64,000 bases of DNA, from NCBI RefSeq assembly GCF_044704955.1, contig NC_091977.1, positions 11,160,001 through 11,224,000 on the forward strand, read 5' to 3'. Below are positions 12,901 through 27,900 of the stretch, one piece after another. Below the pieces are notes generated by a model. The model saw only the letters and a program-made list of their open reading frames with translations. It made no database searches and was not told where the DNA came from. The position numbers and the translations under genes are program-made. This DNA comes from Pristiophorus japonicus. Its lineage: Eukaryota. How positions within the stretch are numbered: the stretch's first letter is position 1; every line of letters starts with the position of its first letter.

Positions 12901-15900
12901 TGGTTAGATGTTGGTGTGATTTGGCTAGATGGTGGTGTGGTTTGGTTAGATGGTGGTGTTATTTTGTTAGATGGCAGTGTGGTTTGGTTCGATGGCAGTG
13001 TGGTTTGGTTAGATGGTGGTGTGGTCTGGTTAGATGGTGTGGTTTTGTTAGATGGAAGTGTGGTTTGGTTAGATGGTGGTGTGGTTTGTTTAGATGGTGG
13101 AGTGGTTTGTTTAGATGGCAGTGTGATTTGGTTAGATGGCCGAGTAGTTTGGATGGATGGTGGTGTGGTTTGGTTAGATGGCAGTGTGATTTGGTTGGAT
13201 GGTGGTGTGGTTTGGTTAGATGGCCGTGTTGTTTGGATGGATGGTGGTGTGGTTTGTTTAGATGGTGGTGTGGTTTGGTTCGATGACAGTGTGGTTTGGT
13301 TATATGGTGGTGTGGTCTGGTTAGATGGTGTAGTTTTGTTAGATGGAAGTGTGGTTTGGTTAGATGGCGGTGTGGTTTGGATAGCTCGTGGTGTGGTCAG
13401 GTTAGGTGACAGTGTGGTTTGGTAAGATGGCGTTGTGGTTTGGTTAGATGGTGGTGTGGTTTGTTTAGATGGCAGTGTAGTTTGGTTAGATGTTGGTGTG
13501 GTTTGGTTAGATGGCAGTGTCGTTTGGTTAGATGGTGGTGTGGTTTGGTTTGATGGCTGTGTGGTTTGGTTAGATGTTGGTGTGCTTTGGTTAGATGGCA
13601 GTGTGGTTTTGTTAGATGGCAGTGTGGTTTGGATAGATGGCAGTGTGGTTTGGTTAGATGGTGGTGTGGTTTGGTTAGATGGCTGTGTGGTTTGGTTAGA
13701 TGTTGGTGTGGTTTGGTTAGATGGTGGTGTGGTTTGGCTAGATGGTGGAGTGGTTTGGTGAGATGGTGGTGTGGTTTGGTTAGATGGAAGTGTGGTTTGG
13801 TTCGATGGCAGTGTGGTTTGGTTAGATGGTGGTGTGGTTTGGTTAGATGGTGGTGTGCTTTGGTTAGATGGCAGTGTGGTTTAGTTAGATGTTGGTGTGG
13901 TTTGGTTAGATGTCGGTGTGATTTGGCTAGATGGTGGTGTGGTTTAGTTAGATGTTGGTGTGGTTTGGTTAGATGGTGGTGTGGTTTGTTTAGATGGTGG
14001 AGTGGTTTGGTTAGATGGCGGTGTGGTTTGGATAGCTCGTGGTGTGGTTAGGTTAGGTGACAGTGTGGTTTGGTAAGATGGTGGTGTGGTTTGGTTAGAT
14101 GGTGGTGTGGTTTGTTTAGATGGCAGTGTAGTTTGGTTAGATGTTGGTGTGGTTTGGTTAGATGGCAGTGTCGTTTGGTTAGATGGTGGTGTGGTTTGTT
14201 TAGATGGCAGTGTAGTTTGGTTAGATGTTGGTGTGGTTTGGTTAGATGGCAGTGTCGTTTGGTTAGATGGTGGTGTGGTTTGGTTTGATGGCTGTGTGGT
14301 TTGGTTAGATGGTGGTGTGCTTTGGTTAGATGGCAGTGTGGTTTTGTTAGATGGCAGTGTGGTTTGAATAGATGGCAGTGTGGTTTGGTTAGATGGTGGT
14401 GTGGTTTGGTTAGATGGCTGTGTGGTTTGGATAGATGGCAGTGTGGTTTGGTTAGATGGTGGTGTGGTTTGGCTAGATGGTGGATTGGTTTGGTTCGATG
14501 GCTGTGTGGTTTGGTTAGATGGTGGTGTGGTTTGGCTAGATGGTGGAGTGGTTTGGTGAGATGGTGGTGTGGTTTGGTTAGATGGAAGTGTGGTTTGGTT
14601 CGATGGCAGTGTGGTTTGGTTAGATGGTGGTGTGGTTTGGTTAGATGGTGGTGTGCTTTGATTAGATGGCAGTGTGGTTTAGTTAGATGTTGGTGTGGTT
14701 TGGTTAGATGTTGGTGTGATTTGGCTAGATGGTGGTGTGGTTTGGTTCGATGGTGGTGTTATTTTGTTAGATGGCAGTGTGGTTTGGTTCGATGGCAGTG
14801 TGGTTTGGTTAGATGGTGGTGTGGTCTGGTTAGATGGTGTGGTTTTGTTAGATGGAAGTGTGGTTTGGTTAGATGGTGGTGTGGTTTGTTTAGATGGTTG
14901 AGTGGTTTGGTTAGATGGCAGTGTGATTTGGTTAGATGGCCGTGTAGTTTGGATGGATGGTGGTGTGGTTTGGTTAGATGGCAGTGTGATTTGGTTGGAT
15001 GGTGGTGTGGTTTGGTTAGATGGCCGTGTAGTTTGGTTGGATGGTGGTGTGGTTTGTTTAGATGGTGGTGTGGTTTGGTTCGATGACAGTGTGGTTTGGT
15101 TAGATGGTGGTGTGGTCTGGTTAGATGGTGTAGTTTTGTTAGATGGAAGTGTGGTTTGGTTAGATGGCGGTGTGGTTTGGATAGCTCGTGGTGTGGTTAG
15201 GTTAGGTGACAGTGTGGTTTGGTAAGATGGCGTTGTGGTTTGGTTAGATGGTGGTGTGGTTTGTTTAGATGGCAGTGTAGTTTGGTTAGATGTTGGTGTG
15301 GTTTGGTTAGATGGCAGTGTCGTTTGGTTAGATGGTGGTGTGGTTTGGTTTGATGGCTGTGTGGTTTGGTTAGATGTTGGTGTGCTTTGGTTAGATGGAA
15401 GTGTGGTTTGGTTCGATGGCAGTGTGGTTTGGTTAGATGGTGGTGTGGTTTGGTTAGATGGTGGTGTGCTTTGGTTAGATGGCAGTGTGGTTTAGTTAGA
15501 TGTTGGTGTGGTTTGGTTAGATGTTGGTGTGATTTGGCTAGATGGTGGTGTGGTTTGGTTAGATGGTGGTGTTATTTTGTTAGATGGCAGTGTGGTTTGG
15601 TTCGATGGCAGTGTGGTTTGGTTAGATGGTGGTGTGGTCTGGTTAGATGGTGTGGTTTTGTTAGATGGAAGTGTGGTTTGGTTAGATGGTGGTGTGGTTT
15701 GTTTAGATGGTGGAGTGGTTTGTTTAGATGGCAGTGTGATTTGGTTAGATGGCCGTGTAGTTTGGATGGATGGTGGTGTGGTTTGGTTAGATGGCAGTGT
15801 GATTTGGTTGGATGGTGGTGTGGTTTGGTTAGATGGCCGTGTAGTTTGGATGGATGGTGGTGTGGTTTGTTTAGATGGTGGTGTGGTTTGGTTCGATGAC

Positions 15901-18900
15901 AGTGTGGTTTGGTTATATGGTGGTGTGGTCTGGTTAGATGGTGTAGTTTTGTTAGATGGAAGTGTGGTTTGGTTAGATGGCGGTGTGGTTTGGATAGCTC
16001 GTGGTGTGGTTAGGTTAGGTGACAGTGTGGTTTGGTAAGATGGCGTTGTGGTTTGGTTAGATGTTGGTGTGGTTTGTTTAGATGGCAGTGTAGTTTGGTT
16101 AGATGTTGGTGTGGTTTGGTTAGATGGCAGTGTCGTTTGGTTAGATGGTGGTGTGGTTTGGTTTGATGGCTGTGTGGTTTGGTTAGATGTTGGTGTGCTT
16201 TGGTTAGATGGCAGTGTGGTTTTGTTAGATGGCAGTGTGGTTTGGATAGATGGCAGTGTGGTTTGGTTAGATGGTGGTGTGGTTTGGTTAGATGGCTGTG
16301 TGGTTTGGTTAGATGTTGGTGTGGTTTGGTTAGATGGTGGTGTGGTTTGGTTAGATGACGGTGTGGTTTGGATAGCTCGTGGTGTGGTTAGGTTAGGTGA
16401 CAGTGTGGTTTGGTAAGATGGCGTTGTGGTTTGGTTAGATGGTGGTGTGGTTTGTTTAGATGGCAGTGTAGTTTGGTTAGATGTTGGTGTGGTTTGGTTA
16501 GATGGCAGTGTCGTTTGGTTAGATGGTGGTGTGGTTTGGTTTGATGGCTGTGTGGTTTCGTTATATGTTGGTGTGCTTTGGTTAGATGGCAGTGTGGTTT
16601 TGTTAGATGGCAGTATGGTTTGGATAGATGGCAGTGTGGTTTGGTTAGATGGTGGTGTGGTTTGGTTAGATGGCTGTGTGGTTTGGTTAGATGTTGGTGT
16701 GGTTTGGTTAGATGGTGGTGTGGTTTGGCTAGATGGTGGAGTGGTTTGGTGAGATGGTGTTGTGGTTTGGTTAGATGGAAGTGTGGTTTGGTTCGATGGC
16801 AGTGTGGTTTGGTTAGATGGTGGTGTGGTTTGGTTAGATGGTGGTGTGCTTTGGTTAGATGGCAGTGTGGTTTAGTTAGATGTTGGTGTGGTTTGGTTAG
16901 ATGTCGGTGTGATTTGGCTAGATGGTGGTGTGGTTTAGTTAGATGTTGGTGTGGTTTGGTTAGATGGTGGTGTGGTTTCTTTAGATGGTGGAGTGGTTTG
17001 GTTAGATGGCGGTGTGGTTTGGATAGCTCGTGGTGTGGTTAGGTTAGGTGACAGTGTGGTTTGGTAAGATGGCAGTGTAGTTTGGTTAGATGGTGGTGTG
17101 GTTTGTTTAGATGGCAGTGTCGTTTGGTTAGATGGTGGTGTGGTTTGGTTTGATGGCTGTGTGGTTTGGTTAGATGGTGGTGTGCTTTGGTTAGATGGCA
17201 GTGTGGTTTTGTTAGATGGCAGTGTGGTTTGAATAGATGGCAGTGTGGTTTGGTTAGATGGTGGTGTGGTTTGGTTAGATGGCTGTGTGGTTTGGATAGA
17301 TGGCAGTGTGGTTTGGTTAGATGGTGGTGTGGTTTGGCTAGATGGTGGATTGGTTTGGTTCGATGGCTGTGTGGTTTGGTTAGATGGTGGTGTGGTTTGG
17401 CTAGATGGTGGAGTGGTTTGGTGAGATGGTGGTGTGGTTTGGTTAGATGGAAGTGTGGTTTGGTTCGATGGCAGTGTGGTTTGGTTAGATGGTGGTGTGG
17501 TTTGGTTAGATGGTGGTGTGCTTTGGTTAGATGGCAGTGTGGTTTAGTTAGATGTTGGTGTGGTTTGGTTAGATGTTGGTGTGATTTGGCTAGATGGTGG
17601 TGTGGTTTGGTTAGATGGTGGTGTTATTTTGTTAGATGGCAGTGTGGTTTGGTTCGATGGCAGTGTGGTTTGGTTAGATGGTGGTGTGGTCTGGTTAGAT
17701 GGTGTGGTTTTGTTAGATGGAAGTGTGGTTTGGTTAGATGGTGGTGTGGTTTGTTTAGATGGTGGAGTGGTTTGTTTAGATGGCAGTGTGATTTGGTTAG
17801 ATGGCCGTGTAGTTTGGATGGATGGTGGTGTGGTTTGGTTAGATGGCAGTGTGATTTGGTTGGATGGTGGTGTGGTTTGGTTAGATGGCCGTGTAGTTTG
17901 GATGGATGGTGGTGTGGTTTGTTTAGATGGTGGTGTGGTTTGGTTCGATGACAGTGTGGTTTGGTTAGATGGTGGTGTGGTCTGGTTAGATGGTGTAGTT
18001 TTGTTAGATGGAAGTGTGGTTTGGTTAGATGGCGGTGTGGTTTGGATAGCTCGTGGTGTGGTTAGGTTAGGTGACAGTGTGGTTTGGTAAGATGGCATTG
18101 TGGTTTGGTTAGATGGTGGTGTGGTTTGTTTAGATGGCAGTGTAGTTTGGTTAGATGTTGGTGTGGTTTGGTTAGATGGCAGTGTCGTTTGGTTAGATGG
18201 TGGTGTGGTTTGGTTTGATGGCTGTGTGGTTTGGTTAGATGTTGGTGTGCTTTGGTTAGATGGCAGTGTGGTTTTGTTAGATGGCAGTGTGGTTTGGATA
18301 GATGGCAGTGTGGTTTGGTTAGATGGTGGTGTGGTTTGGTTAGATGGCTGTGTGGTTTGGTTAGATGTTGGTGTGGTTTGGTTAGATGGTGGTGTGGTTT
18401 GGTTAGATGACGGTGTGGTTTGGATAGCTCGTGGTGTGGTTAGGTTAGGTGACAGTGTGGTTTGGTAAGATGGCGTTGTGGTTTGGTTAGATGGTGGTGT
18501 GGTTTGTTTAGATGGCAGTGTAGTTTGGTTAGATGTTGGTGTGGTTTGGTTAGATGGCAGTGTCGTTTGGTTAGATGGTGGTGTGGTTTGGTTTGATGGC
18601 TGTGTGGTTTGGTTAGATGTTGGTGTGCTTTGGTTAGATGGCAGTGTGGTTTTGTTAGATGGCAGTATGGTTTGGATAGATGGCAGTGTGGTTTGGTTAG
18701 ATGGTGGTGTGGTTTGGTTAGATGGCTGTGTGGTTTGGTTAGATGTTGGTGTGGTTTGGTTAGATGGTGGTGTGGTTTGGCTAGATGGTGGAGTGGTTTG
18801 GTGAGATGGTGGTGTGGTTTGGTTAGATGGAAGTGTGGTTTGGTTCGATGGCAGTGTGGTTTGGTTAGATGGTGGTGTGGTTTGGTTAGATGGTGGTGTG

Positions 18901-21900
18901 CTTTGGTTAGATGGCAGTGTGGTTTAGTTAGATGTTGGTGTGGTTTGGTTAGATGTCGGTGTGATTTGGCTAGATGGTGGTGTGGTTTAGTTAGATGTTG
19001 GTGTGGTTTGGTTAGATGGTGGTGTGGTTTGTTTAGATGGTGGAGTGGTTTGGTTAGATGGCGGTGTGGTTTGGATAGCTCGTGGTGTGGTTAGGTTAGG
19101 TGACAGTGTGGTTTGGTAAGATGGCAGTGTAGTTTGGTTAGATGGTGGTGTGGTTTGTTTAGATGGCAGTGTCGTTTGGTTAGATGGTGGTGTGGTTTGG
19201 TTTGATGGCTGTGTGGTTTGGTTAGATGGTGGTGTGCTTTGGTTAGATGGCAGTGTGGTTTTGTTAGATGGCCGTGTAGTTTGGATGGATGGTGGTGTGG
19301 TTTGTTTAGATGTTGGTGTGGTTTGGTTCGATGACAGTGTGGTTTGGTTAGATGGTGGTGTGGTCTGGTTAGATGGTGTAGTTTTGTTAGATGGAAGTGT
19401 GGTTTGGTTAGATGGCGGTGTGGTTTGGATAGCTCGTGGTGTGGTTAGGTTAGGTGACAGTGTGGTTTGGTAAGATGGCGTTGTGGTTTGGTTAGATGTT
19501 GGTGTGGTTTGTTTAGATGGCAGTGTAGTTTGGTTAGATGTTGGTGTGGTTTGGTTAGATGGCAGTGTCGTTTGGTTAGATGGTGGTGTGGTTTGGTTTG
19601 ATGGCTGTGTGGTTTGGTTAGATGTTGGTGTGCTTTGGTTAGATGGCAGTGTGGTTTTGTTAGATGGCAGTGTGGTTTGGATAGATGGCAGTGTGGTTTG
19701 GTTAGATGGTGGTGTGGTTTGGTTAGATGGCTGTGTGGTTTGGTTAGATGTTGGTGTGGTTTGGTTAGATGGTGGTGTGGTTTGGTTAGATGACGGTGTG
19801 GTTTGGATAGCTCGTGGTGTGGTTAGGTTAGGTGACAGTGTGGTTTGGTAAGATGGCGTTGTGGTTTGGTTAGATGGTGGTGTGGTTTGTTTAGATGGCA
19901 GTGTAGTTTGGTTAGATGTTGGTGTGGTTTGGTTAGATGGCAGTGTCGTTTGGTTAGATGGTGGTGTGGTTTGGTTTGATGGTTGTGTGGTTTGGTTAGA
20001 TGTTGGTGTGCTTTGGTTAGATGGCAGTGTGGTTTTGTTAGATGGCAGTATGGTTTGGATAGATGGCAGTGTGGTTTGGTTAGATGGTGGTGTGGTTTGG
20101 TTAGATGGCTGTGTGGTTTGGTTAGATGTTGGTGTGGTTTGGTTAGATGGTGGTGTGGTTTGGCTAGATGGTGGAGTGGTTTGGTGAGATGGTGGTGTGG
20201 TTTGGTTAGATGGAAGTGTGGTTTGGTTCGATGGCAGTGTGGTTTGGTTAGATGGTGGTGTGGTTTGGTTAGATGGTGGTGTGCTTTGGTTAGATGGCAG
20301 TGTGGTTTAGTTAGATGTTGGTGTGGTTTGGTTAGATGTCGGTGTGATTTGGCTAGATGGTGGTGTGGTTTAGTTAGATGTTGGTGTGGTTTGGTTAGAT
20401 GGTGGTGTGGTTTGTTTAGATGGTGGAGTGGTTTGGTTAGATGGCGGTGTGGTTTGGATAGCTCGTGGTGTGGTTAGGTTAGGTGACAGTGTGGTTTGGT
20501 AAGATGGCAGTGTAGTTTGGTTAGATGGTGGTGTGGTTTGTTTAGATGGCAGTGTCGTTTGGTTAGATGGTGGTGTGGTTTGGTTTGATGGCTGTGTGGT
20601 TTGGTTAGATGGTGGTGTGCTTTGGTTAGATGGCAGTGTGGTTTTGTTAGATGGCAGTGTGGTTTGAATAGATGGCAGTGTGGTTTGGTTAGATGGTGGT
20701 GTGGTTTGGTTAGATGGCTGTGTGGTTTGGATAGATGGCAGTGTGGTTTGGTTAGATGGTGGTGTGGTTTGGCTAGATGGTGGATTGGTTTGGTTCGATG
20801 GCTGTGTGGTTTGGTTAGATGGTGGTGTGGTTTGGCTAGATGGTGGAGTGGTTTGGTGAGATGGTGGTGTGGTTTGGTTAGATGGAAGTGTGGTTTGGTT
20901 CGATGGCAGTGTGGTTTGGTTAGATGGTGGTGTGGTTTGGTTAGATGGTGGTGTGCTTTGGTTAGATGGCAGTGTGGTTTAGTTAGATGTTGGTGTGGTT
21001 TGGTTAGATGTTGGTGTGATTTGGCTAGATGGTGGTGTGGTTTGGTTAGATGGTGGTGTTATTTTGTTAGATGGCAGTGTGGTTTGGTTCGATGGCAGTG
21101 TGGTTTGGTTAGATGGTGGTGTGGTCTGGTTAGATGGTGTGGTTTTGTTAGATGGAAGTGTGGTTTGGTTAGATGGTGGTGTGGTTTGTTTAGATGGTTG
21201 AGTGGTTTGGTTAGATGGCAGTGTGATTTGGTTAGATGGCCGTGTAGTTTGGATGGATGGTGGTGTGGTTTGGTTAGATGGCAGTGTGATTTGGTTGGAT
21301 GGTGGTGTGGTTTGGTTAGATGGCCGTGTAGTTTGGATGGATGGTGGTGTGGTTTGTTTAGATGGTGGTGTGGTTTGGTTCGATGACAGTGTGGTTTGGT
21401 TAGATGGTGGTGTGGTCTGGTTAGATGGTGTAGTTTTGTTAGATGGAAGTGTGGTTTGGTTAGATGGCGGTGTGGTTTGGATAGCTCGTGGTGTGGTTAG
21501 GTTAGGTGACAGTGTGGTTTGGTAAGATGGCGTTGTGGTTTGGTTAGATGGTGGTGTGGTTTGTTTAGATGGCAGTGTAGTTTGGTTAGATGTTGGTGTG
21601 GTTTGGTTAGATGGCAGTGTCGTTTGGTTAGATGGTGGTGTGGTTTGGTTTGATGGCTGTGTGGTTTGGTTAGATGTTGGTGTGCTTTGGTTAGATGGCA
21701 GTGTGGTTTGGTTCGATGGCGGTGTGGTTTGGTTAGATGGTGGTGTGGTTTGGTTAGATGGTGGTGTGCTTTGGTTAGATGGCAGTGTGGTTTAGTTAGA
21801 TGTTGGTGTGGTTTGGTTAGATGTTGGTGTGATTTGGCTAGATGGTGGTGTGGTTTGGTTAGATGGTGGTGTTATTTTGTTAGATGGCAGTGTGGTTTGG

Positions 21901-24900
21901 TTCGATGGCAGTGTGGTTTGGTTAGATGGTGGTGTGGTCTGGTTAGATGGTGTGGTTTTGTTAGATGGAAGTGTGGTTTGGTTAGATGGTGGTGTGGTTT
22001 GTTTAGATGGTGGAGTGGTTTGTTTAGATGGCAGTGTGATTTGGTTAGATGGCCGTGTAGTTTGGATGGATGGTGGTGTGGTTTGGTTAGATGGCAGTGT
22101 GATTTGGTTGGATGGTGGTGTGGTTTGGTTAGATGGCCGTGTAGTTTGGATGGATGGTGGTGTGGTTTGTTTAGATGGTGGTGTGGTTTGGTTCGATGAC
22201 AGTGTGGTTTGGTTATATGGTGGTGTGGTCTGGTTAGATGGTGTAGTTTTGTTAGATGGAAGTGTGGTTTGGTTAGATGGCGGTGTGGTTTGGATAGCTC
22301 GTGGTGTGGTTAGGTTAGGTGACAGTGTGGTTTGGTAAGATGGCGTTGTGGTTTGGTTAGATGGTGGTGTGGTTTGTTTAGATGGCAGTGTAGTTTGGTT
22401 AGATGTTGGTGTGGTTTGGTTAGATGGCAGTGTCGTTTGGTTAGATGGTGGTGTGGTTTGGTTTGATGGCTGTGTGGTTTGGTTAGATGTTGGTGTGCTT
22501 TGGTTAGATGGCAGTGTGGTTTTGTTAGATGGCAGTGTGGTTTGGATAGATGGCAGTGTGGTTTGGTTAGATGGTGGTGTGGTTTGGTTAGATGGCTGTG
22601 TGGTTTGGTTAGATGTTGGTGTGGTTTGGTTAGATGGTGGTGTGGTTTGGCTAGATGGTGGAGTGGTTTGGTGAGATGGTGGTGTGGTTTGGTTAGATGG
22701 AAGTGTGGTTTGGTTCGATGGCAGTGTGGTTTGGTTAGATGGTGGTGTGGTTTGGTTAGATGGTGGTGTGCTTTGGTTAGATGGCAGTGTGGTTTAGTTA
22801 GATGTTGGTGTGGTTTGGTTAGATGTCGGTGTGATTTGGCTAGATGGTGGTGTGGTTTAGTTAGATGTTGGTGTGGTTTGGTTAGATGGTGGTGTGGTTT
22901 GTTTAGATGGTGGAGTGGTTTGGTTAGATGGCGGTGTGGTTTGGATAGCTCGTGGTGTGGTTAGGTTAGGTGACAGTGTGGTTTGGTAAGATGGCGGTGT
23001 GGTTTGGTTAGAAGGTGGTGTGGTTTGTTTAGATGGCAGTGTAGTTTGGTTAGATGTTGGTGTGGTTTGGTTAGATTGCAGTGTCGTTTGGTTAGATGGT
23101 GGTGTGGTTTGTTTAGATGGCAGTGTAGTTTGGTTAGATGTTGGTGTGGTTTGGTTAGATGCCAGTGTCGTTTGGTTAGATGGTGGTGTGGTTTGGTTTG
23201 ATGGCTGTGTGGTTTGCTTAGATGGTGGTGTGCTTTGGTTAGATGGCAGTGTGGTTTTGTTAGATGGCAGTGTGGTTTGAATAGATGGCAGTGTGGTTTG
23301 GTTAGATGGTGGTGTGGTTTGGTTAGATGGCTGTGTGATTTGGATAGATGGCAGTGTGGTTTGGTTAGATGGTGGTGTGGTTTGGCTAGATGGTGGATTG
23401 GTTTGGTTCGATGGCTGTGTGGTTTGGTTAGATGGTGGTGTGGTTTGGCTAGATGGTGTAGTGGTTTGGTGAGATGGTGGTGTGGTTTGGTTAGATGGAA
23501 GTGTGGTTTGGTTCGATGGCAGTGTGGTTTGGTTAGATGGTGGTGTGGTTTGGTTAGATGGTGGTGTGCTTTGGTTAGATGGCAGTGTGGTTTAGTTAGA
23601 TGTTGGTGTGGTTTGGTTAGATGTTGGTGTGATTTGGCTAGATGGTGGTGTGGTTTGGTTAGATGGTGGTGTTATTTTGTTAGATGGCAGTGTGGTTTGG
23701 TTCGATGGCAGTGTGGTTTGGTTAGATGGTGGTGTGGTCTGGTTAGATGGTGTGGTTTTGTTAGATGGAAGTGTGGTTTGGTTAGATGGTGGTGTGGTTT
23801 GTTTAGATGGCAGTGTAGTTTGGTTAGATGTTGGTGTGGTTTGGTTAGATGGCAGTGTCGTTTGGTTAGATGGTGGTGTGGTTTGGTTTGATGGCTGTGT
23901 GGTTTGGTTAGATGTTGGTGTGCTTTGGTTAGATGGAAGTGTGGTTTGGTTCGATGGCAGTGTGGTTTGGTTAGATGGTGGTGTGGTTTGGTTAGATGGT
24001 GGTGTGCTTTGGTTAGATGGCAGTGTGGTTTAGTTAGATGTTGGTGTGGTTTGGTTAGATGTTGGTGTGATTTGGCTAGATGGTGGTGTGGTTTGGTTAG
24101 ATGGTGGTGTTATTTTGTTAGATGGCAGTGTGGTTTGGTTCGATGGCAGTGTGGTTTGGTTAGATGGTGGTGTGGTCTGGTTAGATGGTGTGGTTTTGTT
24201 AGATGGAAGTGTGGTTTGGTTAGATGGTGGTGTGGTTTGTTTAGATGGTGGAGTGGTTTGTTTAGATGGCAGTGTGATTTGGTTAGATGGCCGTGTAGTT
24301 TGGATGGATGGTGGTGTGGTTTGGTTAGATGGCAGTGTGATTTGGTTGGATGGTGGTGTGGTTTGGTTAGATGGCCGTGTAGTTTGGATGGATGGTGGTG
24401 TGGTTTGTTTAGATGGTGGTGTGGTTTGGTTCGATGACAGTGTGGTTTGGATAGCTCGTGGTGTGGTCTGGTTAGATGGTGTAGTTTTGTTAGATGGAAG
24501 TGTGGTTTGGTTAGATGGCGGTGTGGTTTGGATAGCTCGTGGTGTGGTTAGGTTAGGTGACAGTGTGGTTTGGTAAGATGGCGTTGTGGTTTGGTTAGAT
24601 GGTGGTGTGGTTTGTTTAGATGGCAGTGTAGTTTGGTTAGATGTTGGTGTGGTTTGGTTAGATGGCAGTGTCGTTTGGTTAGATGGTGGTGTGGTTTGGT
24701 TTGATGGCTGTGTGGTTTGGTTAGATGTTGGTGTGCTTTGGTTAGATGGCAGTGTGGTTTTGTTAGATGGCAGTGTGGTTTGGATAGATGGCAGTGTGGT
24801 TTGGTTAGATGGTGGTGTGGTTTGGTTAGATGGCTGTGTGGTTTGGTTAGATGTTGGTGTGGTTTGGTTAGATGGTGGTGTGGTTTGGCTAGATGGTGGA

Positions 24901-27900
24901 GTGGTTTGGTGAGATGGTGGTGTGGTTTGGTTAGATGGAAGTGTGGTTTGGTTCGATGGCAGTGTGGTTTGGTTAGATGGTGGTGTGGTTTGGTTAGATG
25001 GTGGTGTGCTTTGGTTAGATGGCAGTGTGGTTTAGTTAGATGTTGGTGTGGTTTGGTTAGATGTCGGTGTGATTTGGCTAGATGGTGGTGTGGTTTAGTT
25101 AGATGTTGGTGTGGTTTGGTTAGATGGTGGTGTGGTTTGTTTAGATGGTGGAGTGGTTTGGTTAGATGGCGGTGTGGTTTGGATAGCTCGTGGTGTGGTT
25201 AGGTTAGGTGACAGTGTGGTTTGGTAAGATGGCGGTGTGGTTTGGTTAGATGGTGGTGTGGTTTGTTTAGATGGCAGTGTAGTTTGGTTAGATGTTGGTG
25301 TGGTTTGGTTAGATGGCAGTGTCGTTTGGTTAGATGGTGGTGTGGTTTGTTTAGATGGCAGTGTAGTTTGGTTAGATGTTGGTGTGGTTTGGTTAGATGG
25401 CAGTTTCGTTTGGTTAGATGGTGGTGTGGTTTGGTTTGATGGCTGTGTGGTTTGGTTAGATGGTGGTGTGCTTTGGTTAGATGGCAGTGTGGTTTTGTTA
25501 GATGGCAGTGTGGTTTGAATAGATGGCAGTGTGGTTTGAATAGATGGCAGTGTGGTTTGGTTAGATGGTGGTGTGGTCTGGTTAGATGGTGTGGTTTTGT
25601 TAGATGGAAGTGTGGTTTGGTTAGATGGTGGTGTGGTTTGTTTAGATGGTGGAGTGGTTTGGTTAGATGGCAGTGTGATTTGGTTAGATGGCCGTGTAGT
25701 TTGGATGGATGGTGGTGTGGTTTGGTTAGATGGCAGTGTGATTTGGTTGGATGGTGGTGTGGTTTGGTTAGATGGCCGTGTAGTTTGGATGGTGGTGGTG
25801 TGGTTTGTTTAGATGGTGGTGTGGTTTGGTTCGATGACAGTGTGATTTGGTTAGATGGTGGTGTGGTCTGGTTAGATGGTGTAGTTTTGTTAGATGGAAG
25901 TGTGGTTTGGTTAGATGGCGGTGTGGTTTGGATAGCTCGTGGTGTGGTTAGGTTAGGTGACAGTGTGGTTTGGTAAGATGGCGTTGTGGTTTGGTTAGAT
26001 GGTGGTGTGGTTTGTTTAGATGGCAGTGTAGTTTGGTTAGATGTTGGTGTGGTTTGGTTAGATGGCAGTGTCGTTTGGTTAGATGGTGGTGTGGTTTGGT
26101 TTGATGGCTGTGTGGTTTGGTTAGATGTTGGTGTGCTTTGGTTAGATGGCAGTGTGGTTTTGTTAGATGGCAGTGTGGTTTGGATAGATGGCAGTGTGGT
26201 TTGGTTAGATGGTGGTGTGGTTTGGTTAGATGGCTGTGTGGTTTGGTTAGATGTTGGTGTGGTTTGGTTAGATGGTGGTGTGGTTTGGCTAGATGGTGGA
26301 GTGGTTTGGTGAGATGGTGGTGTGGTTTGGTTAGATGGAAGTGTGGTTTGGTTCGATGGCAGTGTGGTTTGGTTAGATGGTGGTGTGCTTTGGTTAGATG
26401 GCAGTGTGGTTTAGTTAGATGTTGGTGTGGTTTGGTTAGATGTCGGTGTGATTTGGCTAGATGGTGGTGTGGTTTAGTTAGATGTTGGTGTGGTTTGGTT
26501 AGATGGTGGTGTGGTTTGTTTAGATGGTGGAGTGGTTTGGTTAGATGGCGGTGTGGTTTGGATAGCTCGTGGTGTGGTTAGGTTAGGTGACAGTGTGGTT
26601 TGGTAAGATGGCGGTGTGGTTTGGTTAGATAGTGGTGTGGTTTGTTTAGATGGCAGTGTAGTTTGGTTAGATGTTGGTGTGGTTTGGTTAGATGGCAGTG
26701 TCATTTGGTTAGATGGTGGTGTGGTTTGTTTAGATGGCAGTGTAGTTTGGTTAGATGTTGGTGTGGTTTGGTTAGATGGCAGTGTCGTTTGGTTAGATGG
26801 TGGTGTGGTTTGGTTTGATGGCTGTGTGGTTTGGTTAGATGGTGGTGTGCTTTGGTTAGATGGCAGTGTGGTTTTGTTAGATGGCAGTGTGGTTTGAATA
26901 GATGGCAGTGTGGTTTGGTTAGATGGTGGTGTGGTTTGGTTAGATGGCTGTGTGGTTTGGTTCGATGGCTGTGTGGTTTGGTTAGATGGTGGTGTGGTTT
27001 GGCTAGATGGTGGAGTGGTTTGGTGAGATGGTGGTGTGGTTTGGTTAGATGGAAGTGTGGTTTGGTTCGATGGCAGTGTGGTTTGGTTAGATGGTGGTGT
27101 GGTTTGGTTAGATGGTGGTGTGCTTTGGTTAGATGGCAGTGTGGTTTAGTTAGATGTTGGTGTGGTTTGGTTAGATGTTGGTGTGATTTGGCTAGATGGT
27201 GGTGTGGTTTGGTTCGATGGTGGTGTTATTTTGTTAGATGGCAGTGTGGTTTGGTTCGATGGCAGTGTGGTTTGGTTAGATGGTGGTGTGGTCTGGTTAG
27301 ATGGTGTGGTTTTGTTAGATGGAAGTGTGGTTTGGTTAGATAGTGGTGTGGTTTGTTTAGATGGTGGAGTGGGTTGGTTAGATGGCAGTGTGATTTGGTT
27401 AGATGGCCGTGTAGTTTGGATGGATGGTGGTGTGGTTTGGTTAGATGGCAGTGTGATTTGGTTGGATGGTGGTGTGGTTTGGTTAGATGGCCGTGTAGTT
27501 TGGATGGATGGTGGTGTGGTTTGTTTAGATGGTGGTGTGGTTTGGTTCGATGACAGTGTGGTTTGGTTAGATGGTGGTGTGGTCTGGTTAGATGGTGTAG
27601 TTTTGTTAGATGGAAGTGTGGTTTGGTTAGATGGCGGTGTGGTTTGGATAGCTCGTGGTGTGGTTAGGTTAGGTGACAGTGTGGTTTGGTAAGATGGCGT
27701 TGTGGTTTGGTTAGATGGTGGTGTGGTTTGTTTAGATGGCAGTGTAGTTTGGTTAGATGTTGGTGTGGTTTGGTTAGATGGCAGTGTCGTTTGGTTAGAT
27801 GGTGGTGTGGTTTGGTTTGATGGCTGTGTGGTTTGGTTAGATGTTGGTGTGCTTTGGTTAGATGGCAGTGTGGTTTTGTTAAATGGCAGTGTGGTTTGGA